In this document: positions 1 through 12,689 of the stretch, in pieces
How the letters are laid out: every line of letters begins with the position of its first letter
Numbering within the stretch: position 1 is the stretch's first letter
From: Heterodontus francisci
Lineage: Eukaryota
Reading direction: 5' to 3'
Assembly: GCF_036365525.1 (NCBI RefSeq)
Contig: NC_090415.1
Location: 12,586,001 to 12,650,000 of the forward strand
DNA: 64,000 nucleotides
Position numbers and translations under genes: made by a program
The notes under the pieces: generated by a model
Told to the model about the DNA's origin: nothing
Database searches by the model: none
The model's input: the letters and a program-made list of their open reading frames with translations, nothing else

Positions 1-477
1 TACTGAGTCAGCGGCGCTTGAGATGGCTTGGCCATGTGAGCCGCATGGAAGATGGCAGGATCCCCAAAGACACATTGTACAGCGAGCTCGCCACTGGTTT
101 CAGACCCACCAGCTGTCCATGTCTCCGCTTTAAAGACGTCTGCAAATGCGGCATGAAGTCCTGTGACATTGATCACAAGTCGTGGGAGTCAGTTGCCAGC
201 GTTCGCCAGAGCTGGCGGGCAGCCATAAAGACGGGGCTAAAATGTGGCGAGTCGAAGAGACTTAGTAGTTGGCAGGAAAAAAGACGGAGGCGCAAGGGGA
301 GAGCCAACTGTGCAACAGCCCCGACAAACAAATTTCTCTGCAGCACCTGTGGAAGAGCCTGTCACTCTAGAATTGGCCTTTATAGCCACTCCAGGCGCTG
401 CTTCACAAACCACTGACCACCTCCAGGCGCGTATCCATTGTCTCTCGAGATAAGGAGGCCCAAAAGAAAAAAAAAGA
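1..477 (+). mobile_element. 3' end of an RTE-clade non-LTR retrotransposon (ORF C-terminus, short 3' UTR, A/G-rich tail)
   Basis: ORF 18-416 has RWLGHVSRMEDGRIPK and a C-terminal CSTC-x12-H-x3-C zinc finger. Near-identical to the minus-strand copy at 26720-28236. Tail CCAAAAGAAAAAAAAAGAA. Confidence 0.9.
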
Positions 478-1200
478 ATCTACCCATATGGCCTCATTTG
501 AGGAATCTTCTAAGATATCATCCCTCCTTAGACAGTAATTGACTCCTTAATCAACAGTGCACTGCCACCTCCTATTTTATACCCTCCCCTGTCATGCCTG
601 AAGTTTCTAGACCCTGGAATATTGAGCTACCAGTCCTGCCCTTCCCTCAACCATGTCTCCGTGAAAACAATAATATCATATTCCCATGTGTTAATAAATG
701 GCCTCAATTCATCTGCCTTACTAGTAAGATTCCTTGTGTTAAAATAGATGCAATCCAGCCTTGCATTGTTAGCTTGTGTCTTAACAGGTCTGCATTTTCT
801 CTGCCTTCCAGACTGACTCAGTTTCTCTTCTATATTTGACTGTACATCAACCCTTACTGTACCTCCCCTCTGTATCCCACCCCCTTGCCAAGTTAGTTTA
901 CAACAACCACCCCTCACCCCCACCCCCAAAACCACGTGCAAACCTCCCAGCAAGGATGTTGGTCCCGATCCAGTTCAGGTGCAATCTGTCCAACTTGTAC
1001 AATTCCCACCTTGGCCAGAAACAGACCCAGTGATCCAGGAAATTAAAGCCCTCCCTCCTGCACTATCTCTTCAGCCACACATTCATCTGCTCTATCCTCC
1101 TATTCCTATACTCACCTGCACGTGGCAGCGGGGGTAATCCAGCGATTACAACCTTTGTGGACCCCTTTTCTTTAATCTGCTACCTTGCTTTTGATGTTCA
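478..1200 (-). mobile_element. Decayed CR1 LINE fragment (ORF1 end / APE endonuclease start)
   Basis: ORF 627-953 contains CIYFNTRNLTSKADEL...YDIIVFTETWL, the N-terminal motifs of the APE endonuclease. Paralogous to 40864-41347 plus 44716-44960. Confidence 0.8.
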
Positions 1201-2014
1201 TGTTGCATGACCTCATCCCTCTTTGTACCTGTCAGTTTCTGGTATGGAATAAAGATCTTTACTCTGTACCTGCTAGTTGCTGGCAAGTGATTGTGACATC
1301 AATCCATATCTGTCAGAGTGTGATGTTACTTCAGATTTTACTCTTCAGCTGTCAGTTTCTGACATGTGAATATGGATTTTTCTCATTCTGGTCACTTACT
1401 GCAATGTAAGTCACTCCTTTATTCTGTGCCTGTCAGTTTTAGGTCTGGAAGAAGATATTTTTCGTTACCTTTTATAATCTGGCAAGTGAATGTGAGATCA
1501 CCCTGTATCTGTCAGTTTGTGACATATTACTGTGACTTTTACTCTTCACTTGTCAGTTTCTGATACGTGAATGTGTATTTTATTCTGGTTACCTGTCAGA
1601 TACCAAAATGCAAGTATGTATTCTATTCTGTTGCTGTTTGTTACTTGTAATTAATTGGAGTGTTTACTCTTGATCTGTCACTCTCTGGAATGTGAATGTG
1701 GCTCTTACTCTGTGTCTGTCTGTATTGGATTTGCCAGCAAGTGTTTTTCTTTGCCTTTCTGTTCCTGACATGTGAATGTGAATTTTACTATGTACCTCTC
1801 AGTTACTGGTATGTGATTGTGGTTTTATTCTGTCTCCACGAACCTATGATTAATGATTGCAGCTTGTGTCCAAGGCATGTCAGTATCTTGTTTGCACATG
1901 CCCATTCTTATGTGCATGTTGCTTTATGGGAAATGACTATAGGATTTACTCTTTTTTCTGCCATATTACTTCTATGGCTTCAAGGGCTGGTCAGAGACTG
2001 GGAATTCTGTGATG

Positions 2015-2450
2015 AGTAACTCATGTCCTAACTTCCCAAAGTCTTTCCACCACCTAAAAGCCACAAGTCAGAATTCTGATGGATTACTCTCCACTTGCTT
2101 GGTTGAGTGCAGCTCCAAAAACACTGAAGAAGCTTGATACCATCCAGGACAAATCAGCAGGCTTGATTATCTTACCATTCACCAGGTTATGCATTTACTC
2201 CCTCCACCCACCAGTGCACAGTGTGTCCCATCTAAAAGATGTACTGCATCAACCTGAGGAAGTACCGTACAACAGCACCTTCCAAACCCATGACATCTGC
2301 TACTGACTGGAACATGGGCAGCAAGCTTATAAGAACATTACCACCTGCAATTTCATCTCTAGTTTGCACAACATCCTGACTTCAAAAATATAACACCATT
2401 CCTTCATCATCACTCAGCCCAAATTCTGGAACTCCCTGCCAATCACCACT
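2015..2450 (+). mobile_element. Old 3' fragment of a CR1/L2-superclade LINE (same family as 14780-16875)
   Basis: MDYSPLAWLSAAPKTLKKLDTIQDK matches MEYSPLAWMRSDPTTLKKLDT in the longer copy. Confidence 0.7.
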
Positions 2451-2885
2451 TTTATGAATGACATTCATTCTCTAGCTGTTCATCAATGGTACAGTCTGAG
2501 TGCAGAACGTATTCTGCATCTGCCACTCTGATGGACAGGATCTGTTTGTTTATTTGTAAGGAACAATGCAGGAGCTCTTTCACACCTAGATCTGTCCAAA
2601 TATCTGTCCCTCTTTGTATGGTATGTGTGTGAGGGATTCATTCTTTATCTCAGAATGTGGAATGTGACTATATTTATCTCTGTCACTTACTGATCTGTGC
2701 ATGTGCACTTTTCACTCTACCTGCCAGCTTCTGATGTGAGTGGATTGTTTTCTGTACCTGTCATTTACTGATGAATTGAATGGTGATTTTGGTTTGAATC
2801 GCTCACTTTCTGTTTACATGAATATGAGTATTCCTTCGTATTTGTCAATTACTGGTATTGAAGTAAGATCTTTAAACTGCACCTA

Positions 2886-3128
2886 ATACAAAGCAAAATA
2901 CTGTTAATGCTGGAAATTGGAAATAAAAGCAGAAAATTCTGTAAATACACAGCAGGACTGCCAGCATCTGTGGAGACACAAACAGAGTTAGCCTTTCAGG
3001 TCAATGACCTTTCATCAGAAAGGTCTGTCCTGATCAAAGGTCATTGACCTGAAATGTGAACGGAATTTCTCTCTCCACAGGTGCTGCCAGACTTGCTGAG
3101 TATTTCCAGAATTTTCCATTTTCATTTA
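2886..3128. mobile_element. Inverted pair of Penelope terminal-repeat fragments forming a ~240-bp palindrome, with hammerhead-like cores
   Basis: The two arms are reverse complements around ~3020-3027. Both match the terminus of the Penelope element at 37506-37607. Duplicated at 46436-46675. Confidence 0.75.
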
Positions 3129-4024
3129 CACTGTACATGGACATGTACATGTTCTGGCAAATGAATGTGGGATCAATATTTAACCTTTCAGTTCTGATAC
3201 GCAAATGAGGATTTTACCCAGCATGTTGTCAGTTCCTGCAGTGCAATTATCTGATTTATTCTGTAACTTTATGATTGTGGTAATTGATTGTGGGTTTGAC
3301 CCTACATCTACCAGTCTCTGTAATGTGAATGTGGCTATTACTCTTCATTTATCGGTGTACAATTTGTGAGTGTGTGTTTTCCTCTCTGTGTCTGTTTCTG
3401 ACATGTAAATGTGGATTTTGCTATGTACCTCAGTTACTTTATGTGTATGTGCTTTATTCTGTTTCTGTCCATCTGTGGTGAGCTTCACATTTTCCCTGTA
3501 CCTATCAGCATCACACTTCTTTGTATGGCCATTATTCTGCACTTGTTGGTTTATGGTAGTGCTTGAATTACTCTTTCCCTCTCATTCCCTGATATGCTAC
3601 TGTAAATTTTCCTCTGTACTTGGAAGATTCCACTCTGTGATAATGTTGTTTCTCTGTCTGTCTGTGTCTGGTATGCTATTGTAAGATTCACTGTGTGCCC
3701 ATCAGCTTCTGGTATTTAAATATGAAGTTCACATTGTAACATTCAATTTGATCTGTGTGAATCTGCTTCTACCTTGAACTGACAGTTTCTATTCTGTGAG
3801 TGGACATTTGCAAGTGCACTTGTTAATTTCTGCTAAATAACTGTTTGTTTTACTCTGTGCATGTCAGTTGCTGCAATGGGAAGATGGGAAAGGTTTTTAA
3901 TTCTGAAAATGGCAATTACCGATAAGTAAATGTGGGTTTTACTCGGTAACCCTCATTCTCTGGTATTTGAGTTTGTGTCTTTTTATTCTGGTTAGCTGTC
4001 ACACTCACTTCTCTGAAGTAAACA

Positions 4025-6175
4025 TCTCATGAACCGTCTCCAACACATTTACTTCCATCATTAAATAAGGAGTCCAAAACTGCACACAGTATTCTAGATT
4101 GGTCTCAGCAATGACCTGTATAACTGAAGTATAACAGGCTTATTTTCATTTTCAATTCCTCTCATAATAATGGATAACATTCCATTTGCCTTCCTTCTGT
4201 CTTGCTGTAACTGCACACTAACTTTTTTGACTCATGCACTAGAACACCTAGATCCCTCTCCAGAATTCTGCAGTCGCTCAGCACTGAAGTATTTTTTAAT
4301 CTTCCTGACAAAGTGAACAACTTCCCATTTTCTCACATTGTACATCATCTGCCAGATTCCTGCCCTCTCACTCAACCTACATATATCAGTCTTCAACTTC
4401 CTTATGTCCTCTTCACAACATACATTCCTACCTATCTTTGTTTCATCTGCAAATTTAGCTGCCATGTCATCGCTCCCCTCATCTACGTCATTGATATAAA
4501 TTGTAAAAGGTTGAGGGCCCAGCACTCGTCACATCCTGCCAATTCAAAAAGGGCCCATTTCTTCATTCTCTGTGTTCTGCCAGCCAGTCAATCTTCTATC
4601 CATGCCAATATGTTACCCATGAGCTCCTACTTTGCACAATAACCTTTTATGTGGCAACTTGTCAAATGCCTTCTGGAAAACCAAGTACTGTATGTCAAAC
4701 AGGTTCCCCTTTATCCACAGTGCATGTTAGTCCTTCAAGGAACTTCAATAAATAGGTTAAACATGATTTCCCCTTCACAAAACCATGTTGACTATTCCTG
4801 ATGACCTTATGTTTCTCAAAATGCCCAGCTATAGCCTCCTCATCGATCAATTCTACCACCTTCCTCATGACAGGGGTCAAGCTAACTGGCCTATCGTTAA
4901 TGTTAACTTTGCATCTCTCTCCACAGATGCTGCCAGACCTGAGTATTTCCAGCACTTTTTGTTTTGTTTCAAATTTCCAGCATCTGCAGTATTTTGCTTT
5001 TATATTACTGTAGTTACCCTGTCTCTGCTTCCACACCTTCTCGAATAGAGGGATTATATTTTCTACTTTCCAGTCTGATGTAACCCAGTTCACTTCAGCT
5101 AGCTCAACTTTCATGCCCACATAGCTGTCCTTATTTAAGTTTAAAATACTAGTCTTAGATCCACTCCTCTCATTTTCAAACTGGATGCAAAGCTCAATCA
5201 TATTGTGATCATTGCTACCAAGAGGTGCAGATACTCTGAGGTCATTAATTAATCCTGTCAAATTACACAATACCAAGTCTAATATAACCTGCTCGCTGGA
5301 TGGTTCTAGAAGATGCTGCTCAAAGAAACTATTTCGAAAGCATTCTATGAAATCCTCATACAGGCTTCTGTTACCAATCTGATTTTTTCCAGTTTTTATG
5401 AAGATTAAAATCACCCATGATTATTTCCATCCCTTTATCACAAGCACCCATTAGTTATTCTTGTAGACTTCATCCTACATTGTGATTACTGTCTGCGGGC
5501 CTGTAGACTACTCCCACTAGTGCCTTTTTTCCCTGACTGTTCCTCATCTCCACCCAAACCAATTCTACATACTGATCTCCTGACCCAAGGACATGTCTAA
5601 CTATTGCACTAATGCCATCCTTGATTAACAGTGCCACCCCTCCAACTTTACCTAGCTTCCTATTCTTCTTGAATGTTACACATCCCTCAATATTGAGGAC
5701 ACAATCCTTGTCATCCTGCAGCCATGTCTCCATAATGGCTATTAGATCATATTTATTTACTTCAACATGTGCTATCAGTTTCTTTACTTTGTTATGAATG
5801 CTCCGTGCATTCACATACAGAGCCTTTAGTTTTATCTTTTTATCCTTGTAACATCTAGTGTTGACTGTTGGTCTGCTCTTAGTTTTTTTTTCCTCTGTGT
5901 CCCTTCCTGTCATTCTCTGGCTTTCATTTCCCCGGTTTCTATTCTGTTTTCCTGCCTTGACTTTATCCCTTGGTTTGTTACATCTGCTAAAGCTTGTTCC
6001 CCTCCCCCTTTGTTTAGATCAAGTACCTCTCTACATCCCTAGTTATATGGTTTTCTCGAACACTGGTCCCAGCTTGGTTCAGGTATAGACTGTCCGAATG
6101 GTACAGCCTCCACTTTCCCTAGTACTGGTGCCAGTGCCCCACAAACTGAACCTGACTTCTCCCACACCAGTCTTG
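4025..6175 (-). mobile_element. Decayed CR1 LINE (endonuclease and RT fragments)
   Basis: ORFs contain LYVNARSIHNK...YDLIAIMETWL (endonuclease), SQHGFVKGKSCLT and IYINDV...KFADETKIG (RT). Confidence 0.85.
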
Positions 6176-6179
6176 GTGG

Positions 6180-8010
6180 GTGTAAGTTTCACTGTATATC
6201 TCTCAATCCCTAGTCTACAATTTACCTCTGTTATTTTCGGATTTTGAGTGTGGCTTTATCTGTACCTGTCAGTTTGTTTTGTGTGAGTAACGCCTTATTC
6301 AGTACCTTTCAGCTTCAGTTGTGTGTGTGTTCTGGCTTGTAATTTGTCCCCCTCAGTATATGGTATGTGAGAGTGGATTTGACAGTTAATATTACATTCT
6401 TGTGTATATGAGTGGGAGTTCAAACTTTATCTTTGATTGTCTAGTAGCCAATTTAAGGTTTAACCTGCGCCCTTAAATGTCTCATGTGTAGCTGTGGTTT
6501 TTAACCTGTCTCTGTCACTGTCTGATATAAGAGTAAGGGTTTCAGTCTGGTTTTTGAGTGTGGATTTTCCACCACATCTCTACATTCTCTCGGATGTGAA
6601 TGTGAATTTTAATCTATACATGCCAGTTTCTGACATTTGGCTGTGAGATTTACTTTGTACATTGTCATTCTCTGATATGTGACTGACAATTTTATTCTGA
6701 ACATGTCAGTTTATATTCTATCTGTGTGAGTTTTAACCTGTATCTGTCAGTATCTGATATCTGAATCTTCTTAATTATGTTTGTGTTGCTCTGTATCTGT
6801 CAGTGTCTGAAGTGCAATTGTCAGGTTTACTTTGTACCTGTCAGTGTCTGTTGTGGATGAGAGACTTTCACTCTCTAACTGTTAACTTCTTGCAATTCAT
6901 TATTGATTTCACTCTGTGTTTGTCAGTCTCTGGTAGTTAAGTACAGCATTTATACTGTATCTCCTCATTTCTGATATGTGGATGTAGATATTAATGTGTA
7001 CCTGTTGGTTTCTCCTATGAGAGTCTGGGCTAAAATCAATTTCTGCCAGTTTCTCATATGTGAGGGTGGCATTTATTCTGTACCTGTTACTGTCTGAATT
7101 GTGAGAAGGTTTTAATCTTTCTCTGTCAGTTGCTGGTATGTTAATGTGGGTTCATTCTGGATCTTTCAATCTTTGGAATTTGAGTCTGTGCTTTACCCTA
7201 TTTTGTTTCTGTTAAGTGAATGAGGGATTAAATTTGTACCTGCGCATTGATAGTAAATGAATGTAGTTTTTAGTCTGTACCTGTCAGTTTATGAAAAAAT
7301 GAAGGTGGTTTTATTTCTCTATCTGCCAGATTCTGATATGTGACTGTTGTTTTATTCTGTACCTGTTATTTTCTGGGATATGATTGTGGTTTTTGATCTG
7401 TATCTGTCAGTTTCTATTACTTGAGTGAGTTTTACTTTGCACCAGTTGTCTTCTGGTATGTGTGTATCGGTTTTAAGCTGGACCCGTAATGTAAAGGTAA
7501 TATAGTGTGGATTATTCTGTATCTTTCAAACTCTAGTGTATGACATGGGGCCTTTCTCTGAATCTGTTGATTTCAGCTCTGTAACTGTAAGTTTTAATCT
7601 GCAACTTACAGTTCCTGATAGGTGTGTGAGCTCATTTTCTTTTCTTCTGCAGCTATCAATGTCTGGTACAGAGGATGTGTGTTATTCTTATCTTTCAATT
7701 TCTGTCATTGAAGAATTGCTTTTCCTTTGAACTTCTCAGTCTCTGCAATGTGTCCATGGGTTTTACATGGTAACTGTCTCTGTTAAGTGACTCTGGTGTG
7801 ATTCTCTATCTGACAGTCTCTTGCCTGTGAGTGGTTTTATTTTCTTCTCTGTAACTGTCAGTTTCCCTTCAGTGGCTGGAGGTTTTAATCTTCACTTAAA
7901 CTCTTTAATAATTTGTAAATGTGAATTTCACTCTGTGTCTGTCTGTTTATATTATATGAATGAGTTTATTTTCATTTTGTAATCATCAGTTTCAGGTATG
8001 TGAGGGTGAG
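6180..8010 (+). repeat. Degenerate ~40-bp T/G-rich satellite tract
   Basis: Recurring (C/T)TGTACCTGTCAGTTTCTG...ATGTGA motifs. Confidence 0.8.
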
Positions 8011-8669
8011 ATTCACTGTCTCCAGGATGCACCCTCTTGTGAAATTGACAGACTGCCTTTTAATCTGATAGTGGGTTCTGCTTTTGAACTTGACCTAACT
8101 TTCAGCAGTATTGATTTGGAATGGATTGGATACAATGTCTGTCTCTTCTGATTTGTTTGATTGCTGAATTGGAAATGTGTCTCTGAACTTGGGATCAGTG
8201 AGAGTTTCACTACATCTGCTCCTTGTGACTATGGAATGAAATGAAGGCCTAAAGGAGTGGTACTGTACCTTGTCAGTGATGGAAGGAGCCGACTGCACTT
8301 TCCCTTGTTCCTGGGAATCATCACATTCATTCTGCTCCCTTGAACTATTCACCGACAGTAAGGAAGAAAACTATGTATTGTAAGTCACGAGCAGTTGAGG
8401 TGGAAGCTGGAAAAGAGATTAATGTAACATTTCAATTAATAATCATTATGACTAATCACAAATGCTAACCAGAAATACAAAGAATATCACTGTCTGATTC
8501 CACTGCAGCTCTCAGCATCTGCTGACGAGGTGTCTTGGCAGTTTCACAGCAATTTTGGGACATCCAGAAACAAGCCAACATCTACACTGCTCCAAGGTTG
8601 GAACGATCTGATGGAGCAGGGATATTTGTACAGGTCAGCTTTCTATTTCCATCTGGCATTATAATATAA

Positions 8670-9290
8670 TGACCCAAGAACTAGGAGCATGAGTAAGCCA
8701 TTCAGCCTCTCGCGCCTGATCCACCATTCAATAAGATCATGTCGAATTTGATCTTGGCTTCATTTCCATTATCCTGCCTGGCCAATAACCCATTACTCCC
8801 TTGTAGATCAAAAGTTTAACTCATCCTTGAATATATTTCATTTTCCAGCCCCCACTACTCTCTGGTGCAGAGAATTCCATCGATTAATGACACTTTGAGA
8901 GAAGAAATTCTTCCTTACCTCTGTCTAAAATGGTAGACCCCTTATTCTGAAACTGTGCAACGTGGTTCTTGATTCCCTCAAGAGGGGAGATATCTTCTCA
9001 GCATCTACTCTGTCAAGACCCCTCAGAATCTTACACTTTTCAATAAGATTAGCTCTGATTATTACAAACTCCAATGAGTGTAACACAACCTGCTCAACCT
9101 TTTGCTCATCAGACAGCCTCTTCATCTCAGGAACCAACTGAACGAATCTTGCCTGAACTGCATCCAATGCACGTATGCACGAAGGAGACCACAACTGTAT
9201 CCACTATTCCAGGTAATGTCTCACCAACACCCCGCAAATTTGTAGCAAAACTTTCCTCCATTTATATTCCAGCCCCCTTGCAGGTAATGT
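8670..9290 (-). mobile_element. CR1 LINE 3' fragment
   Basis: KILRGLDRVDAE-type CR1 C-terminal ORF remnant and CR1 3' UTR. Paralogs at 11535-12170, 51290-51910 and 56675-57280. Confidence 0.75.
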
Positions 9291-9399
9291 CAAAAGTTTT
9301 CACTATTCACTTTTCAATAACAACAAACAGCGTGAAACCGGAGCTAAACCAGGAACAAGCATTACAGGTTTGAGAAGCAATTTTTTTGTTCATTACTTC

Positions 9400-10970
9400 T
9401 GCCATTTCCTTATTACCAAACTTGAACTTCCAATTTACATTCTCAACACTCACTTTCCTTACACTTTTCCTTTTCAAATGCCTGCAGAAACCCTTGTTAT
9501 CTGTTATTACATTTCTAGTTAGCTTACTCCCATGCTCTAATTTCTTTGCCCCTGATTAACCTTTGGTCAGAATATATAGAATGACACAGAATGACTCAAT
9601 CATCTGACCTACCACTCATCTTTGCACAATTCTCTGCCTTTTCATTCAGGTTGATGCCTTCCTTAACTTCTTTAATCAACCATGGATGGAGGATCCTCCC
9701 CTTGGAATTATTCTTTATAGTAGGGATATACTTATTTAAAGTATTCTGAAATATCCACTTAAATGTCTGCCACTGCTTCTCAATTGATCCCAGTTCACTT
9801 CAGCTAGCTCAGCTTTCATGCCCACATAGTTGTCCTTATTTAAGCTTAAAATATTAGTCTTAGACCCACTCCTCTCACTTTCAAACTGGATGCAAACTTC
9901 AATCATATTGTGATCATTGCTACCAAGAGGTGCATTTACTCTGAGGTCAATAATTAATCCTGTCAAATTGCACAATGTCAAGTCGAGCAAGTTCTAGAAC
10001 ATGCTGCTGGAAGAAAGTATCTCGAAAGCACTCTATGAACTCCTCATACAGGCTTCTATTACCAATCTCATTCTTTCCAGTTTATAATTATTTACTTCAG
10101 ACATACAGCACTGAAACAGGCCCTTCAGTCCATCGAGTCTGTGCCAACCATCAACCACCCATTTAGACTAATCCTACATTAATCCCATATTCCTAACCCA
10201 TCCCCACCTTTCCTCAATTCTCCTACCACCTACCTATACTCAGGGCAATTTATAATAGCCAATTTACCTATCAACCTGCAAGCCTTTGGCTGCGGGAGGA
10301 AACTGGAGCACCCGGCGAAAACCCACAGAGTCACAGGGAGAACTTGCAAACTCCACACAGGCAGTACCCAGAATTGGACCTGGGTCGCTGGAGCTGTGAG
10401 GCTGCGGTGCTAACCACTGCACCACTGTGTTGATTAAAACACCTGTGATTCTTTCCATCTCATTATCACAAGCACCCAATAGATATTCTTGTATCCTTCA
10501 TCCTAAATTGCGATTACTGTCTGGGGGCCTGTAGACTGTTCCGACTAGTGCCTCTTTCCCTGACTATTCCTCATCTCCACTCAAACCGATTCTACATCCT
10601 GATCTCCTGAACCAAGGTCATGTCTAACTATTGCACCAATGCAATCCTTGATTAACAGTGCCAGCTCTCCACCTTTACCTTGCTTCCTATTCTTCTTGAA
10701 TGTTACATATCCCTCAATATTGAGGACCTAATCCTTGTCATCCTGCAGCCATGTCTCCATAATGGTTATTAGATCATACTTATTTACTTCAACGTGTGCT
10801 ATCAGTTCCTCTACTTTGTTATGAATTCTACATGCATTCACATAAAGGGCCTTTGGTGATATCTTTCTGTTATCTTTGTCACATCTAGTGTTGACTGTTG
10901 ATCTGCTCTGAGGTTATTTCTCTCTGCCCCTTCCTGCCATTCTTTGGCCTTCATTTCCCATGTTACTATT
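9400..10970 (-). mobile_element. Decayed CR1 endonuclease region, interrupted by a SINE
   Basis: LDLTLCNLTGLI...PLGSNDHNMIE endonuclease motif. Second internal copy of the 5050-5950 segment. Confidence 0.75.
10093..10430 (-). mobile_element. tRNA-derived V-SINE (HE1-like)
   Basis: Reverse strand has a tRNA-like head, the V-domain GTGTGGAGTTTGCAAGTTCTCCC, and a CR1-type tail GGGCCTGTTTCAGTGCTGTAT. Paralog at 52718-53055. Confidence 0.85.
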
Positions 10971-12306
10971 GTGTTGAGTTGGAATGGATAGGATACAATG
11001 TCTGTCTCTTCTGATTTGTTTGATTGCTGGATTGGAAATGTGTCTCTAACCTTAGGATCAGTGAGAGTTTGACTACATCTGCTTCTTGTGACAATGCCAT
11101 GAACTGAAGGCCTATGGGAGTGGTACTGTACCTTGTCTGTGATGGAAGGAGCCGACTGCACTTTCCCTTGTGCCTGGGAATCATCACATTCATTCTGCTC
11201 CCTTGAACTATTTGCCTACAGAAAGGAAGAAAACTATGTCTTGTAAGTCACGATCAGTTGAGTTGGAAGCTAGAAAAGAGATTAATGTAACATTTCAATT
11301 CATAATATTTATGACTAATCACAAATGCAAACCAAAAATACAAAGAATATCACTGTCTGATTCCACTGCAGCTCTCAGCATCTGCTGACGAGGTGTCTTG
11401 GCAGTTTCACAGCAATTTTGGGACATCCAGAAACAAGCCAACATCTACACTGCTCCAAGGTTGGGACGACCTGATGGAGCAGGGATATTTGTGCAGGTCA
11501 GGTTTCTATTTCCATCTGGCATTATAATATAATAACCTAAGAACTAGGAGCAGGAGTCAGCCATTCAGCCTCTCCAGCCTGATCCACCATTCAATAAAAT
11601 CATGTCTGATTTGATCTTGGCTTCAGCTCCATTATCCTGCCTGGCTAAAAACCCATTACTCCCTTGTAGATAAAAAAAAAACTCATCCTGGAATATATTT
11701 AATCATCAGCATCCACTGCTCTCTTAGGTATAGAATTCCTTGGATTAATGACGCTTTGAGAGATGAAATTCTTCCTTACCTCCGTCTAAAATGGGAGACT
11801 CCTTATTCTGAAACTGTGCGGCGTGGTTCTTGATTCCCTCAAGAGGGGAGATATCTTTGCAGCATCTACTCTGTCAAGACCCCTCAGAATCTTACATTTT
11901 TTCGATAAGATTAGATCTGATTATTACAAACTCCAATGAGTGTAACACAACCTGCTCAGCCTTTTCCTCACAAGGCAACCGATTCATCGCAGGAAGCAAC
12001 CGAACGAACCTTGCCTGAACTGCATCCAATGCACGTATACATCCCTCATGAGCGAAGGAGACCACAACTGTATCCAGTAATCCAGGTGAGGTCTCAACAA
12101 CACCCTGCAGAGTTGTAGAAAGACTTTCCTACATTTATATTCCATCCCCCTTGCAATAAATGCCAACAGTCCGGCTCTGTTTTCACGATTCACTTTTCAA
12201 TAACAACAAACAGCGTGAAATAGGAGCTAAACCAGGGGCAAGTATTACAGGATGAGGAGAGAAAACAGCCATGAATTTCAACAGCAGCTTCTTGACCTTT
12301 TGTCTC

Positions 12307-12520
12307 ACTTACGCAGTGCACACGCAGCCCGAGAAATGCCTCTGCCTTCCGCCGCTCACTCCATGTTACAGGATCACTTCCTGCCTCACTCTGTTTCTTG
12401 CAAGTAAATGACGTTCAGCAGCCGAGCTGGCGGAAGGGAGCGCATGCGTTCTCAAGGTTCGCAAGAATCAGCGGTGTGGGCGGGGCTATGCCGCGCATGC
12501 GCTTCTTTAGGCAACGTTGT
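12307..12520 (-). promoter_or_regulatory. CpG-rich promoter-like segment with a putative minus-strand first exon
   Basis: Two GCGCATGCG(C) NRF1-type palindromes (12440, 12493), a GGGCGGGG GC box, CGGAAG and CACTTCCTG ETS-like sites, and a GTAAGT donor on the minus strand at 12312-12307. Confidence 0.55.
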
Positions 12521-12689
12521 GAAATTCAATAAAATCAATTGGAACTTTATCCAGTTGAGTTTTTTCACATTTTGAGCAATGAAACCGGGGCTGTGGGTAA
12601 GATAGTGATGTTTCCCTTCTGGGAGATTACCCCTTTGTGAAGTTCAATTTGAGATTATTCTCTGCAGTATGCTTGCTGTCCTTCAGCCC

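Larger units (their letters stand above)
1220..4010 (+). repeat. Degenerate ~40-bp T/G-rich satellite tract, interrupted by LINE and Penelope fragments
   Basis: TACCTGTCAG-like cores recur at ~1226, 1267, 1307 and 1346 (40-bp spacing). Approximate consensus TTTACTCTGTACCTGTCAGTTTCTGATATGTGAATGTGGA. Confidence 0.8.

Noticed and set aside
1220-8010. CRISPR-like array, or Cys/Phe-rich membrane-protein ORFs in the T/G-rich tracts
   Set aside because: No constant repeat with unique spacers, and the context is eukaryotic. The ORFs are by-products of the low-complexity 40-bp satellite.
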